Shown in pieces: positions 30,863 to 40,576 of a stretch of DNA of 64,000 bases. The translations under genes and the position numbers were made by a program. Under the pieces are notes generated by a model. It was not told the origin of the DNA. It saw only the letters and a program-made list of their open reading frames with translations, and did no database searches. Within the stretch, counting starts at the first letter, position 1; each line of letters opens with the position of its first letter. Location of the stretch: assembly GCA_965225945.1 (NCBI GenBank), contig CBDDBZ010000022.1, forward strand, positions 1-64,000, written 5' to 3'. Origin of the DNA: Alphaproteobacteria bacterium. GTDB taxonomy: Bacteria > Pseudomonadota > Alphaproteobacteria > GCA-2731375.

Positions 30863-32431
30863 ATGGAGGACGAGCGCGGCGGGGCGCTTCGCACCGGAGC
30901 GGCCGTCCTGGAGCACCTGACCGGCCCCTCGCGGGGCTCCGTGACATGGCTCGGCGCCTCGACCTTCGAAGTGACTCTGAGCCCCGAAGGGTTGATCCGC
31001 GTCTCGGAAGCCCTCCTGGACGAAACCGGGGGCGATCCGGTCGGACGGCTCCACCCCGCCGGAGACAGCTATGAAATAGAGGCACCCGAGGACCGCCCGG
31101 TTTGGGTGAACGGCATGCGCGTCACCGCGCGACGGCTCGAGCATCGCGACATGATCGAATTCGGCGAATCCGGACCCTTGTCCCGCTTTCGCCTCTATCG
31201 CCAAGACAAGCCGGTTCGCTGGTCCGTCACGGATATCCTGAGCGACGCCGCCGCCTATCTACGGACCAGTCGCAAACCGCTCGCCGATCGCCTCTACAGA
31301 GTGCTCTGCGCATGCCTGAGGCGCCTCACGCGGGAAACCACCATCTTGTTTCGAACCACCGTCGTCGTCGCGATTCTCGCGCTCGCGGCGCTGGCCTACC
31401 ATCAGATCGATTTGAACACGCGGCTTCACCAACGCATCGAAAGCGATGCCAGCCGGCTCGACAGCTTCGCGGGCGCGTTGGCGCGGGCCAGGGATCAGGC
31501 CCTGACTCCGATCGACCTGAAGGAGCTGCGGCAAGAACTGGGGCGCCGGCTCTCCACCAATGCGGAACGTCTGGCCGCGTTGGAGCAGCGCTCCCGGGCC
31601 AGCGCGCGGGTGATCGCCGCATCGATAGCCTCGGTCGTGTTTCTACAGGGCGCCTACGGGTTCCGGGAAGCTTCGAGCGGCCGCATGCTGCGCCATGTCG
31701 TCGACGGCGCCGATCGACCGATGATGTCACCGCTGGGCCAACCGCTGCTGGCGCTCGAGGGCGACGGTCCGGTGGCTGAACGCCAGTTCACCGGAACCGG
31801 CTTTGCCGTCGGCGAGGCTGGTGTTCTGGTGACCAACCGGCACGTCGGGTTGCCGTGGGAGAACGACGCCAATTTGGCGGCGCTCGCCGGCCAGGGCCTC
31901 GAGCCGGTGATGATAAAGTTCATCGCTTATCGCCCCGGCGAGAAAGAGGCCGCCCAGATAGAATTGGTGCGGGCGGCCGAGGACGCGGACCTCGCCGTCT
32001 TGCGCCGTAAGGGTGAGGCCGAGCCAATGCCGGGCCTGAAGTTCGCCGATGCCCCGCCCGCCCCCGGCGACGAGGTGATCGTCATGGGCTATCCGACCGG
32101 TCTCCGCTCGATGCTGGCGCAATCCGGCGACGCCTTCGTCGAAGAGCTTCAGAAGACCGAGAACACCGGATTCTGGAGCGTCGCCGCCCGCCTCGCCGAG
32201 GCCGGCCATATTGCCCCGCTCGCCAGCCGCGGCATCGTCGGCCAGGCGACCACGGCGACGATCGTCTATGATGCGGACACCACACACGGCGGCAGCGGGG
32301 GCCCGGTGATCGACATCAATGGCGCGGTCGTCGCGGTAAACGCCGCCATATTGCCGGAATATGGCGGACCCAATCTGGGCGTTCCCGCCGCGAAGGTCCA
32401 GACCTTGCTCAAAGCTGCCGGCTTGCTCTGA
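30863..32431 (+). CDS. FHA-like domain + TM + coiled coil + trypsin-like serine protease
   Basis: VWVNG...LEHRDMIEFG (FHA-like), TM TVVVAILALAALAY, catalytic TNRHV / DLAVL / GGSGGP. Confidence 0.85.
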   Translation: MEDERGGALRTGAAVLEHLTGPSRGSVTWLGASTFEVTLSPEGLIRVSEALLDETGGDPVGRLHPAGDSYEIEAPEDRPVWVNGMRVTARRLEHRDMIEFGESGPLSRFRLYRQDKPVRWSVTDILSDAAAYLRTSRKPLADRLYRVLCACLRRLTRETTILFRTTVVVAILALAALAYHQIDLNTRLHQRIESDASRLDSFAGALARARDQALTPIDLKELRQELGRRLSTNAERLAALEQRSRASARVIAASIASVVFLQGAYGFREASSGRMLRHVVDGADRPMMSPLGQPLLALEGDGPVAERQFTGTGFAVGEAGVLVTNRHVGLPWENDANLAALAGQGLEPVMIKFIAYRPGEKEAAQIELVRAAEDADLAVLRRKGEAEPMPGLKFADAPPAPGDEVIVMGYPTGLRSMLAQSGDAFVEELQKTENTGFWSVAARLAEAGHIAPLASRGIVGQATTATIVYDADTTHGGSGGPVIDINGAVVAVNAAILPEYGGPNLGVPAAKVQTLLKAAGLL

Positions 32432-32526
32432 CGTCCGCGAGAGGGCACCGCCCCGCTCGCCACCACGCCCATGATCAGCGCGAACGTCGCCGCGCGCGGG
32501 GGTGTCGGGGTTTATGGCCATTGCTC

Positions 32527-33696
32527 TCACCATTCGAACTCCGGGCCCGGCACGAAGCGGAAGCGCTCCAGCGCATCGGAGCGCAGGGTGAAGCCGAGGC
32601 CCGGCCGCCCGGGGGCATGGACGCGGCCGTCGCGGATCTCGAAATCCTCCCGGAACAGCTCGTGGAGCATCGGCATGTGGCCCTGACTGACTTCCAGGAT
32701 GTGGCAGTTCACCGTGGCCATGGCCAAATGGATGGAGGCGGCGAACAACACGCCGTTGCCCCAGGCGTGTGGTGCCACGCGGATCCCGCGTGCCGAGGCG
32801 AGCGCGGCAATGCGCCGGATCTCAGTGAAACCGCCGGCCCGCGCGATATCGGGTTGCGCGATATCCATGGCCTGGTGGTCGAGCAGGTCCTGGAAGTCGA
32901 AGCGGGTGAACTCGCGCTCGCCGGTGGCGATCGGCATGGAGACGGCGTCGCGCACCCGGCGCAGGCCCGGATGATCGTCCGGCGAGATGGGCTCCTCGAA
33001 CCAGGCGATGGCGTGTTCTTCCACCGCGCGGGCCACCTGGATCGCCGTCGCCACGTCCAGACAGCCGTGCGCGTCGATCATCAGCTCGACCTCAGGCCCG
33101 ATTCCGCGCCGCGCCGCGCGCACCCGCCGAACGGTATTGGCCAGCGAGAAACCGTCGCGCCCGACGACGCGCATCTTCACCGCCGAGAAGCCCTTGGCCG
33201 CATAACCGCCGAGTTCGGCCTCGGCCTCCTCTCCGGGCGCCCAGCCGCCGCTCGCGTAGGCCCTGACCGAGTCGCGCACGGCGCCCAGCGCCTGATAGAT
33301 CGGCACCCCCCAGGCCTGCGCTTTCAAGTCCCAGAGCGCGATGTCGAGGCCGGAGATGGCTTCCATGGTGACGCCGCGACGGCGACGGTCGAGGGGTTGC
33401 GTCACGCCGGTATCGAGCGAGGGGGTGAGACGCGAGCCGGTGTACATCTTCTCGTAGAGCCGCTCGGTATAGAGGGGATCCTCGCCGATCAGCTCCGGGC
33501 CCAGATCGTGCTCCACGATCGCTTGCACCACCGCCGGATTGCCGAGCGATGCGCCCATGCCGACGAGGCCGCTATCCGCCTCGATCAGAATCAGCACGGC
33601 ATCGGACTTCACCTTGGTGCCGATATCGGTGCGATGGCGCCGCTCCGGGGGAACGGGATCGGACATGGGGATGGCGCGTACCGCCGAAATTTTCAT
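32527..33696 (-). CDS. Mandelate racemase/muconate lactonizing enzyme family protein
   Basis: AISGLDIALWD, KMR, DAH, FEEP, TGERE, QPD, PHAW, GLG. Confidence 0.92.
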   Translation of the reverse strand: MKISAVRAIPMSDPVPPERRHRTDIGTKVKSDAVLILIEADSGLVGMGASLGNPAVVQAIVEHDLGPELIGEDPLYTERLYEKMYTGSRLTPSLDTGVTQPLDRRRRGVTMEAISGLDIALWDLKAQAWGVPIYQALGAVRDSVRAYASGGWAPGEEAEAELGGYAAKGFSAVKMRVVGRDGFSLANTVRRVRAARRGIGPEVELMIDAHGCLDVATAIQVARAVEEHAIAWFEEPISPDDHPGLRRVRDAVSMPIATGEREFTRFDFQDLLDHQAMDIAQPDIARAGGFTEIRRIAALASARGIRVAPHAWGNGVLFAASIHLAMATVNCHILEVSQGHMPMLHELFREDFEIRDGRVHAPGRPGLGFTLRSDALERFRFVPGPEFEW

Positions 33697-33950
33697 CCTT
33701 CAGCTCCCTCGCTCGAGGCGTCGCGGCCCACGGCGGCCTCGGTCCGGGCCGGCCCGGGCGCCACGCCATCATCGAGCGCGCCAGGCGCGCCGACAAGGCC
33801 TGGGCCCACGTCCTGCACGGCTCGAACGGCTACCTGATGCTCGTGCGTTTGCTCCAGGGTCTCGGCTTCGCGATCATGCTCTGTTACGTCGGTTTCCTGC
33901 TCTTGTGAGCTCGCGGCGATGGGCCGAGGACCGCGATCAGGCCGCCAGCC
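33541..33950. repeat. ~410-bp direct repeat, diverged copy at 42980-43388
   Basis: Both copies contain the racemase 5' end, its upstream region and the last codons of the TPR gene. Confidence 0.9.
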
Positions 33951-34656
33951 GCCGCGGCGTCGGGTTCACGAGGTTCATCTCGAGCAGGATGATCGTTTCG
34001 TTCAACTGTTCGGCCTGCTCTTCCCCGAGGGACGAATCCTCGGCGAGCGCGTAACGTTCCGTCAGCGCGGCGGCGAGCGACCGCTGTCGGGCGACGGCGA
34101 AATCGATGACCTGCGCGCTTCGGACGAGTGCTCGCGCCCGCCCCCGATCACCCGCTTCCGCGTGCGCATGGGCCTGGAACAAAATGATGTTGGTGGCCAA
34201 TGTCGTCGATGCCTGGCGATCGCGCGCCAATTCATCCAGCGCCGCCGCCGCCTCGCGCGCGCGCCCTTCGGCGATCAGCGCCAACGGCCTGGCCGTTACG
34301 AAATACGCCCGAACATCCGCGAAGGGGCATGAACTTACCGCGTAGTCGAAACTCGCCAGCGCCTCCCGCACCCGACCGACTCGCAACCGTGCCATGGCCA
34401 GAATGTGCCTGGCAATCCAGTCGTCTCGGGTCTGGGATCGCAACGCCGCCGACATCAGCATGGCCTCGGCATCGCCGAGATTGCCCAGTTGGGCAAGGAG
34501 ATGCGCCCGCGCGGTCCGCGCCACGACATTGGCGGGGAAGCGTTTGTTAGCGGTGGTTCCAGGGTGCGCTTATATGGGCTCTTTTTGAGCGGTCGGTGGC
34601 GGTTGGCTGACGGGATGCTTTTGGGCTTGGCTGATTTTGTTTCGCGCTGTGGCTAT

Positions 34657-35553
34657 TCAGTCGAGGGGCCGGTCATCGATCTGGAGCGGTTCGCCGGCGC
34701 GGTCGCGCATGAGCATGTCGTTCCAGTCCAGGCCGTCGAGGGCAGGGCGCAGGCGGACGACCCTGCTGTCGTTTCGGATGAGCCGTGCCGCGGCGTCATC
34801 GCCCTGGCGGGTGGCGTCGTAGGCGCAGAAGATCCGGCCGGGGTTCCAGGCCTCGATCCATTCGGGGAGGCTTGCGGTGGCGCCGCCGGTTGAGACCACG
34901 GCGCATCCCTTGCGCCCGGCCGGGACGAGGTGGAGGGAGAGGACCGACAGGGCGTCGATTGCGTTCTTGGCGAGGATGACGGAGTTCGGCCAGTCGGGTT
35001 CCCACGACATCCAGAAGCCGCCGCGCGCGGCGGCGCCGGTCGGCGCGAGGCGGCGTGGCGCCGCGGCAGGGACGATCTCGGCGCCGAGAGCCTCGCCGGC
35101 CGCGTTTCGGCGGACGAACACGGCGTTGCCGTGGCGGTCGGCGTAGAGCAAGCCGAGGTCGCGGCACAGGGCGACGAGCACATCCGCGAGGCCGCGCTGC
35201 TCGACGAGGTAGCTCTGGATGGCGGGCCAGTGGCGGTCCGGGCACGGCGGCTTCGGGTGGCGATCGGCCGGGAACCGGTCACGGCACGGCAGTTCCGAGA
35301 AGAAGCCGAGGGCCTCGGGCACGGTGCACCGGCAGGCATGGATTACCAGGTCGATCGCTCCGCCCCCGCCCTCGCCGCGCAGATGTTCGTAGAACATAAA
35401 GCCGTTGATGCTGCCGACGGATCCGGGACGCCTCCAGCGCGCGGCATCGGTGGGATCGCGGCGGTAGCCGAGGCGGCGGACGACGTCTTCGAGGGGATAG
35501 CCTCGCAGGGCCTCGGCCCGCACCCGCCGGTCCCAGAGGCGGGGACCATCCAT
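34657..35553 (-). CDS. DUF3991/TOPRIM primase-like protein
   Basis: GGGGAIDLV, YL..RG, GLLYAD..NAVF, AIDALS, IFCAYD, DWND; resembles the C-terminal module of plasmid Mob/primase proteins. Confidence 0.8.
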   Translation of the reverse strand: MDGPRLWDRRVRAEALRGYPLEDVVRRLGYRRDPTDAARWRRPGSVGSINGFMFYEHLRGEGGGGAIDLVIHACRCTVPEALGFFSELPCRDRFPADRHPKPPCPDRHWPAIQSYLVEQRGLADVLVALCRDLGLLYADRHGNAVFVRRNAAGEALGAEIVPAAAPRRLAPTGAAARGGFWMSWEPDWPNSVILAKNAIDALSVLSLHLVPAGRKGCAVVSTGGATASLPEWIEAWNPGRIFCAYDATRQGDDAAARLIRNDSRVVRLRPALDGLDWNDMLMRDRAGEPLQIDDRPLD

Positions 35554-35555
35554 GG

Positions 35556-36344
35556 CTACGCCGGCGGCGGTTCCCCGCGGTCCTGCGCGCCGGCCTTGCC
35601 GGCTCGCCGCCGGCGGCGCTCGGCGCTGCGCTGCTTCTGGCGTTCCTCGGCCTCCTTGCGGCGCCAGGACTCGGCGTCGATGGCGATGATCTCGGCGTTG
35701 TGGACGAGGCGGTCGACCAGGGCGACGAGGCAGGCGGCGTTGGGGAAGGCCTCACCCCACTCGGCGAAGGGCCGGTTGGTGGTGATTATGGTGGAGTTCT
35801 GCTGGCTGCGGCTGGAGACGATGTTGAACAGCAGATCGGCATGGCGGTTGCTGTAGGACAGGTATCCGACCTCGTCGATCACCAGCAGGTGCTGGCGGGC
35901 GTAGAAGCGCAGCCTGCGCTGAAGCAGGGTGTCGCTGTCGAGGGCGGCGAGCTCGCCGAGCATGCTGGCCGCGGTGGCGAAGCGCACGGTGTGGCCCTCG
36001 AGGACGGCGCGGTGGGCGATATTGGCGGCGATGGTCGACTTGCCGACGCCGTTTGGGCCGACCAGGACGACGTTGGCGGCCTCGTTGAGGAACTCGAGGC
36101 TCATGAGATCCTCGACGGCCATGCGGTCGCAGCGGCGCGGCCATGCCCAGTCGAAGTCGGCGAGCGGCTTGAACTGTCCGAGGCGGGCGTCGGCGAGGCG
36201 GCGCTTGAGGCTGCGGCTTCGCCGTTCCTCCTCTTCCCAGGCGACCAGCGCAGCGGGCCAGTCATGCCCGGCGACCTCGCCCCAGTGGGCGGCGAGGCCG
36301 TGCAGGCCGAGCGCCCGGGCACGGCCCATGAGGGTATCGTTCAT
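35556..36344 (-). CDS. istB: IS21 helper ATPase IstB
   Basis: [24 protein letters not shown]; ATGA overlap with istA. Confidence 0.93.
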   Translation of the reverse strand: MNDTLMGRARALGLHGLAAHWGEVAGHDWPAALVAWEEEERRSRSLKRRLADARLGQFKPLADFDWAWPRRCDRMAVEDLMSLEFLNEAANVVLVGPNGVGKSTIAANIAHRAVLEGHTVRFATAASMLGELAALDSDTLLQRRLRFYARQHLLVIDEVGYLSYSNRHADLLFNIVSSRSQQNSTIITTNRPFAEWGEAFPNAACLVALVDRLVHNAEIIAIDAESWRRKEAEERQKQRSAERRRRRAGKAGAQDRGEPPPA

Positions 36345-37846
36345 TGCTCGCTGTCCTCCTCGGGTTCGCCGGCCAGCCCGTCGTATCCGACGAGGTCGTG
36401 ATCGCGGACAGTGATGTCGCGCACTCTCGGATCGCCGGGCAGTTCGACGGGGATGGGCGGGGGTTGGTGCCGCAGCTCGCGCCGCCGGGTCAGGCTCAGG
36501 CGCACGGCGTTGGGATGGGGAACGTCCCGCTTCAGGGCCTCGTCGATGGCCGCCTCGAGCTCGGCGGCGCCGTAGGCGTCGAGGAGGCGCAACAGGGCGG
36601 CGACGGTGGCGCCTATATAGCCGCCGCGCTGGGCGGCCTCGGCGAGCAGGCGCTCGCTGTTGGGCGCGGCCTGGACCAGCCGGTCCTGGCCGCGAAGGCG
36701 GCGGGCATGGCTCTTGCGCCTGACCAGCTCGGCGATGTGCTCGGGGTTCTCGATGCGGGCCGCCTTGTCGAAGCTGCGCGGATGGCTGGCGATGACGTCC
36801 ACACCGTCGAGGATGCGCACCTCGTCGAGCGTCGCGACCACGACGAGGGTGCGCCGCACATGGGTGTGCGGCACGCTGTAATCGTTGAGATCGAAGCGGG
36901 CGTAGGGGGTCTTGCCGATGGCGACCTCGACCCGGTCGTGGTCGGGGAAGGGATCGCCGGGCAGCGCGATGAGAGAGCCGCGTTCCCGCTCGAAGGCCTC
37001 GCGCACGGTGATCGAGCGGTCTTCGGGCCAGGGGCGGTCGGCGGCGATGCCGTGGCACCAGGCCAGGGCCTGGGCGTTGAGATCGTCGATATCGCGCCAC
37101 CGGCGGGCGGCGAAGAAGCTGGTCCGGACATAGCGAATCGCCCGCTCCACGCGCCCCTTCTCGTTGCCGCGCGCGACCGCGACGGGCTTGGGCAGGAAGT
37201 GGTAGTGGCCGGCGAGGTCGAGGATCCGGGGATTGAACCGGATGGCGGCGCCGCGGCGCTCCAGCACGACGCTCTTCAGGTTGTCGTACCAGAGCTCGCG
37301 GGGCACGCCCTGCCACGCCTCGAAGGCTTCGACATGGCCGCGCAGGAAGTTGCTCATCCCGGCGTCGAGGTAGAAGCGCAGGAAGATCCGCCGCGAGTAG
37401 CTGAGAACCATCACGAAGCCCATCAGGCGGCGCTCCGCGCGGCCGATCGTCACCTTGCCGAAGTGTCCCCAGTCGACCTGGGCCTGCTCGCCGGGAAGGG
37501 TCTTGAGGCGCAGATAGGCCTCGGCCACGGGCCTGGGCCTGAAGTGGCTGAGCAGATGACGGAAGTGGTCGCCGCCGCCCGGATAGCCGCGTTCGCGCAC
37601 CATCTGGTAGAGCCGGCTGGCGGGCAGCGTCGGCCAGGATGCCAGCGTCTCGGCGATGAACGGCACGTATGGATCGATCATCGACGGCCTGGGCGACCTC
37701 GCGTCCCGGGGCTCGCCGGCCGCGGTGAGGAGGCGCTCGACGGTGTAGCGATGCACGCCGAGCTGGCGTGTGATCGTGCCGACCGTCCACTTCTCGACGT
37801 GATACAGGCGCAGGATCTCCGCGCGGGTCTCCTTGTCGATGGTCAT
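36341..37846 (-). CDS. istA: IS21 transposase IstA
   Basis: [38 protein letters not shown]. Confidence 0.95.
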   Translation of the reverse strand: MTIDKETRAEILRLYHVEKWTVGTITRQLGVHRYTVERLLTAAGEPRDARSPRPSMIDPYVPFIAETLASWPTLPASRLYQMVRERGYPGGGDHFRHLLSHFRPRPVAEAYLRLKTLPGEQAQVDWGHFGKVTIGRAERRLMGFVMVLSYSRRIFLRFYLDAGMSNFLRGHVEAFEAWQGVPRELWYDNLKSVVLERRGAAIRFNPRILDLAGHYHFLPKPVAVARGNEKGRVERAIRYVRTSFFAARRWRDIDDLNAQALAWCHGIAADRPWPEDRSITVREAFERERGSLIALPGDPFPDHDRVEVAIGKTPYARFDLNDYSVPHTHVRRTLVVVATLDEVRILDGVDVIASHPRSFDKAARIENPEHIAELVRRKSHARRLRGQDRLVQAAPNSERLLAEAAQRGGYIGATVAALLRLLDAYGAAELEAAIDEALKRDVPHPNAVRLSLTRRRELRHQPPPIPVELPGDPRVRDITVRDHDLVGYDGLAGEPEEDSEQ

Positions 37847-38283
37847 CTCACCCCCTTTCCCGTCGGGCGCAGCCCCGGATAGACCGCCTGCCCGCAGAAC
37901 CGGCCGCAGCGATCGCAGCGGAAGACCCTGGCGGGCCGCTCGTGCCCGAAGGGCCGTGTTCCGGGACGCCCTGCCGGCGTCCGCGCCACAACAGGACGCC
38001 GCCGCGCGGCGGTCAAAGGGTGATGCGTCACTTCCTGCCCGCGGCGCCGATTCACCGGCGTCCGGCGCCGCCGGCGTTCGCGATAGCGCCGCTGGCGCTC
38101 AGCATGCTTGTGACGGCCCCGCCGGCTGTTCTGGTAGCGCTGCCCGGCATGGCGCTGCGATCGCCGGCGCACCCGATCGCTGCAGCTCCGTGAACAGTAG
38201 ATGTTGCCGTGGTCGCAGTGCCGGCAGAGAACCACCTGTTGATGGCACGAGGCGCAGTTGAACAGGCGGGCGGTGTTCTTCAT
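37843..38283 (-). CDS. Cys-rich, Arg-rich putative Zn-finger protein
   Basis: CASC..CRHCD.GNIYC...[11 protein letters not shown]-terminal CDRCG..C; ATGA overlap with istA. Confidence 0.75.
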   Translation of the reverse strand: MKNTARLFNCASCHQQVVLCRHCDHGNIYCSRSCSDRVRRRSQRHAGQRYQNSRRGRHKHAERQRRYRERRRRRTPVNRRRGQEVTHHPLTAARRRPVVARTPAGRPGTRPFGHERPARVFRCDRCGRFCGQAVYPGLRPTGKGVR

Positions 38284-38684
38284 CGCGCAGCCGATGAGAA
38301 CGGGGTGGACCCACGCCCAAACCCGCACGATACTGCGCATATGGGTCGTGCCTTGCATGGCTCGGGGGGTGCGGTGCCGGTCGTTGCCAGCAAGCAAACG
38401 GGGCCGGCGCCGCATCGTTCTCAGCGGCCCGAGTGTACTCCCGCGGCTCCCCTTGTCAGGTCCGCGGAACCGCCGCCGCCAGCCAGCCAAAACAGGAATC
38501 GAGACGCCCGCCCGCGGTGGATAAGCAGCCCGCCGCCGCCAGACTCTTGGCGGTCGCCGCGGCGGGCTACTTACCCACCGCTGCGCCGAGCCAACTCCCG
38601 CCTGCAAACCACGCAGCTACAGCGCCACGATGCCCGATGTCGCTGAAATCACCATCTAAGCGCGGTTTTTCATCGCCACCGACA

Positions 38685-39174
38685 AGCGTTCGATCGTCGC
38701 ATCCAGCGCCGCCAAGGCCTCGTCGGGAAGGCCGAGATCGCGCAGCACCTCCGCCCGCGCGTTCCGCGCCACGACATTGTCGGGGAGGCGTTCGATCGTC
38801 GCATCCAGCGCCGCCAAGGCTTCGTCGAAACGGCCGAGATCGCGCAACACCTCCGCCCGCGCGGTCCGCGCCACGACATTTTCGGGGGAAGCGTTCGATC
38901 GTCGACTCCAGCGATGCCAACGCCTCGTCGAAACGGCCGAGATCGCGCAGCACCTCCGCCCGCGCGTTCCGCGCCACGACATTTTCGGGGAAACGTTCGA
39001 TCGTCGCATCCAGCGCCGCCAAGGCCTCGTCGAAACGGCCGAGATCACGCAGCACCTCCGCCCGCGCGTTCCGCGCCACGACATTTTCGGGGAAGCGTTG
39101 GATCGTCGCATCCAGCGCCGCCAAGGCTTCGTCGAAACGGCCGAGATCGCGCAGTACGTTCCCGCGAACACTCA
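38685..39174 (-). repeat. Near-identical 102-bp (34-aa) TPR tandem repeats, 5 copies
   Basis: Unit ARNARAEVLRDLGRFDEALAALDATIERFPENVV. Confidence 0.92.
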
Positions 39175-40576
39175 ACGCTGCGGCGTCGGGGGTGCCAGCG
39201 ACGTCGATCGCCGATAGAACACGCCAAGTCAAATCGAATAGGCGCGCCTGACGGGCGAGATCGGCGACGGCGGTCAGCGATTTGATCACGTCTTCCGGCC
39301 GACTGCGGGTTGCTTGGCGCCGAACGAGCTGAACCAAGGCCTGCTCGGCCCGCGCCACCTCACCCCGTTGCAGTCGTTCTCCGATCCAGTCGATTTGACT
39401 TTGAATGGCGGGAACGTCCCGCGCGCCACCTTTTACTTCATGCCGATTACTTTCGCTTCGCTCTGCCACTACCAGTTCGGCGGCAGCGACAATCGGATCG
39501 GTCGCCTCGACAACGGCAATCTCCTCGTCGTCGATATCCAATCCCATTTCGACGAGCAATGGCGGCGGGGCATTCAGTCGGTCCTGGATACGTTTCTGCA
39601 AGGCGGCAAGAACCTGCGTGCCCCTTGTCAGGCTCGCTAGTTTCGGGAAATCGCCACCGCGGAAGGCGAGCCGCGAGACGGCTTGATGATCGCCAGCACC
39701 CTCAAGCCCAGCCGCTTCGGACAGCAGCCCCGAACGTAAAATGGTTTCACGGTTTTGTGCCGCTTCGACCCCGCCGCCGTACTGCTCGATCACGATCGCG
39801 TCGATATCCTCGACCAATCGGTCGACGATGCCGTCCGCGAGCAGTCGATAACACGCCGCCGCGACATCCGCCCCCTCGTCTTGCGCTAGCCCCATGCCGC
39901 TCGACGGGTCCCACTCCCGCGCATCCGCCGGGACGAGGAAGCGCTCGCGAATACGGTTGGCAATGGGGGGCTGCTCAGCGAGCACGGTTTCGGCTCGCCG
40001 AATGCCTCGCGCGCGCGTCGTCTCGGACATGTCGGGATCCATGCCGATGAGAAGACCGTCCAATCCCCTAAAGAAAAGGACCTCCTCCTGGAAAACCGCC
40101 CTCAATCGCTCGATCGGGACCGGCAACCCTTCGAGATGGGCGGAAACCAGTTCGAACGCCGCGTGTCGGAACATGTGAATATCGTTCGGCAGGGCCGCGC
40201 GAGGCTCCGCCCCGGGCGCATCGAGGATGTTGTAAATCCCTTCCCGGAAATATATGGCCCGCCCGAGGGAGCCTGAAACGAAGGCGTCCGCGACCTGCAT
40301 GGCTCAAAGCTCGACGAATTCGATGGCGCGCTTCGCACAAGTGTCTCGAATAACGCCATGCCTATGCCGCTCGTCCGCAGTGGCCGGCGAGACCTGCACC
40401 GCCACTCTATTCACATCCCGCGTGTCCATGCCGCCATCGGAGTAAATGGCAACCTCGACGAAGTCGTCGTCATCTCGGCCCGACCCCTGTCGCAGCAGAA
40501 GATTTGGCAAATCGTCATCGCCCGTCGCGTTTGTCAAGCGCGGTCCAAGCTTCGCGGCGACCAGTTTCTCTCTATC

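Larger units (their letters stand above)
34545..38684 (-). mobile_element. Four-gene IS21-type transposon (Zn-finger, istA, istB, TOPRIM)
   Basis: TGT...ACA termini; GCGCTTA(T/G)ATGG starts at position 22 of both ends; 6-bp target duplication AGCGTT (34539-34544, 38685-38690). Confidence 0.92.
33937..40300 (-). pseudogene. Large TPR protein (~738 aa reconstructed), split by the IS21-type transposon, plus a +1 G near 38885
   Basis: Removing 34545-38684 and one AGCGTT gives the in-frame join TIER/FPANVVARTAR. Confidence 0.85.

Noticed and set aside
33790-33908. HGSNGYL as an Old Yellow Enzyme fragment
   Set aside because: The surrounding residues look like a membrane-protein tail; the match is too short to assign.
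38685-39174. 102-bp repeats as CRISPR or DGR template/variable repeats
   Set aside because: They are contiguous coding TPR units; there are no spacers, no reverse transcriptase and no adenine-specific variation.
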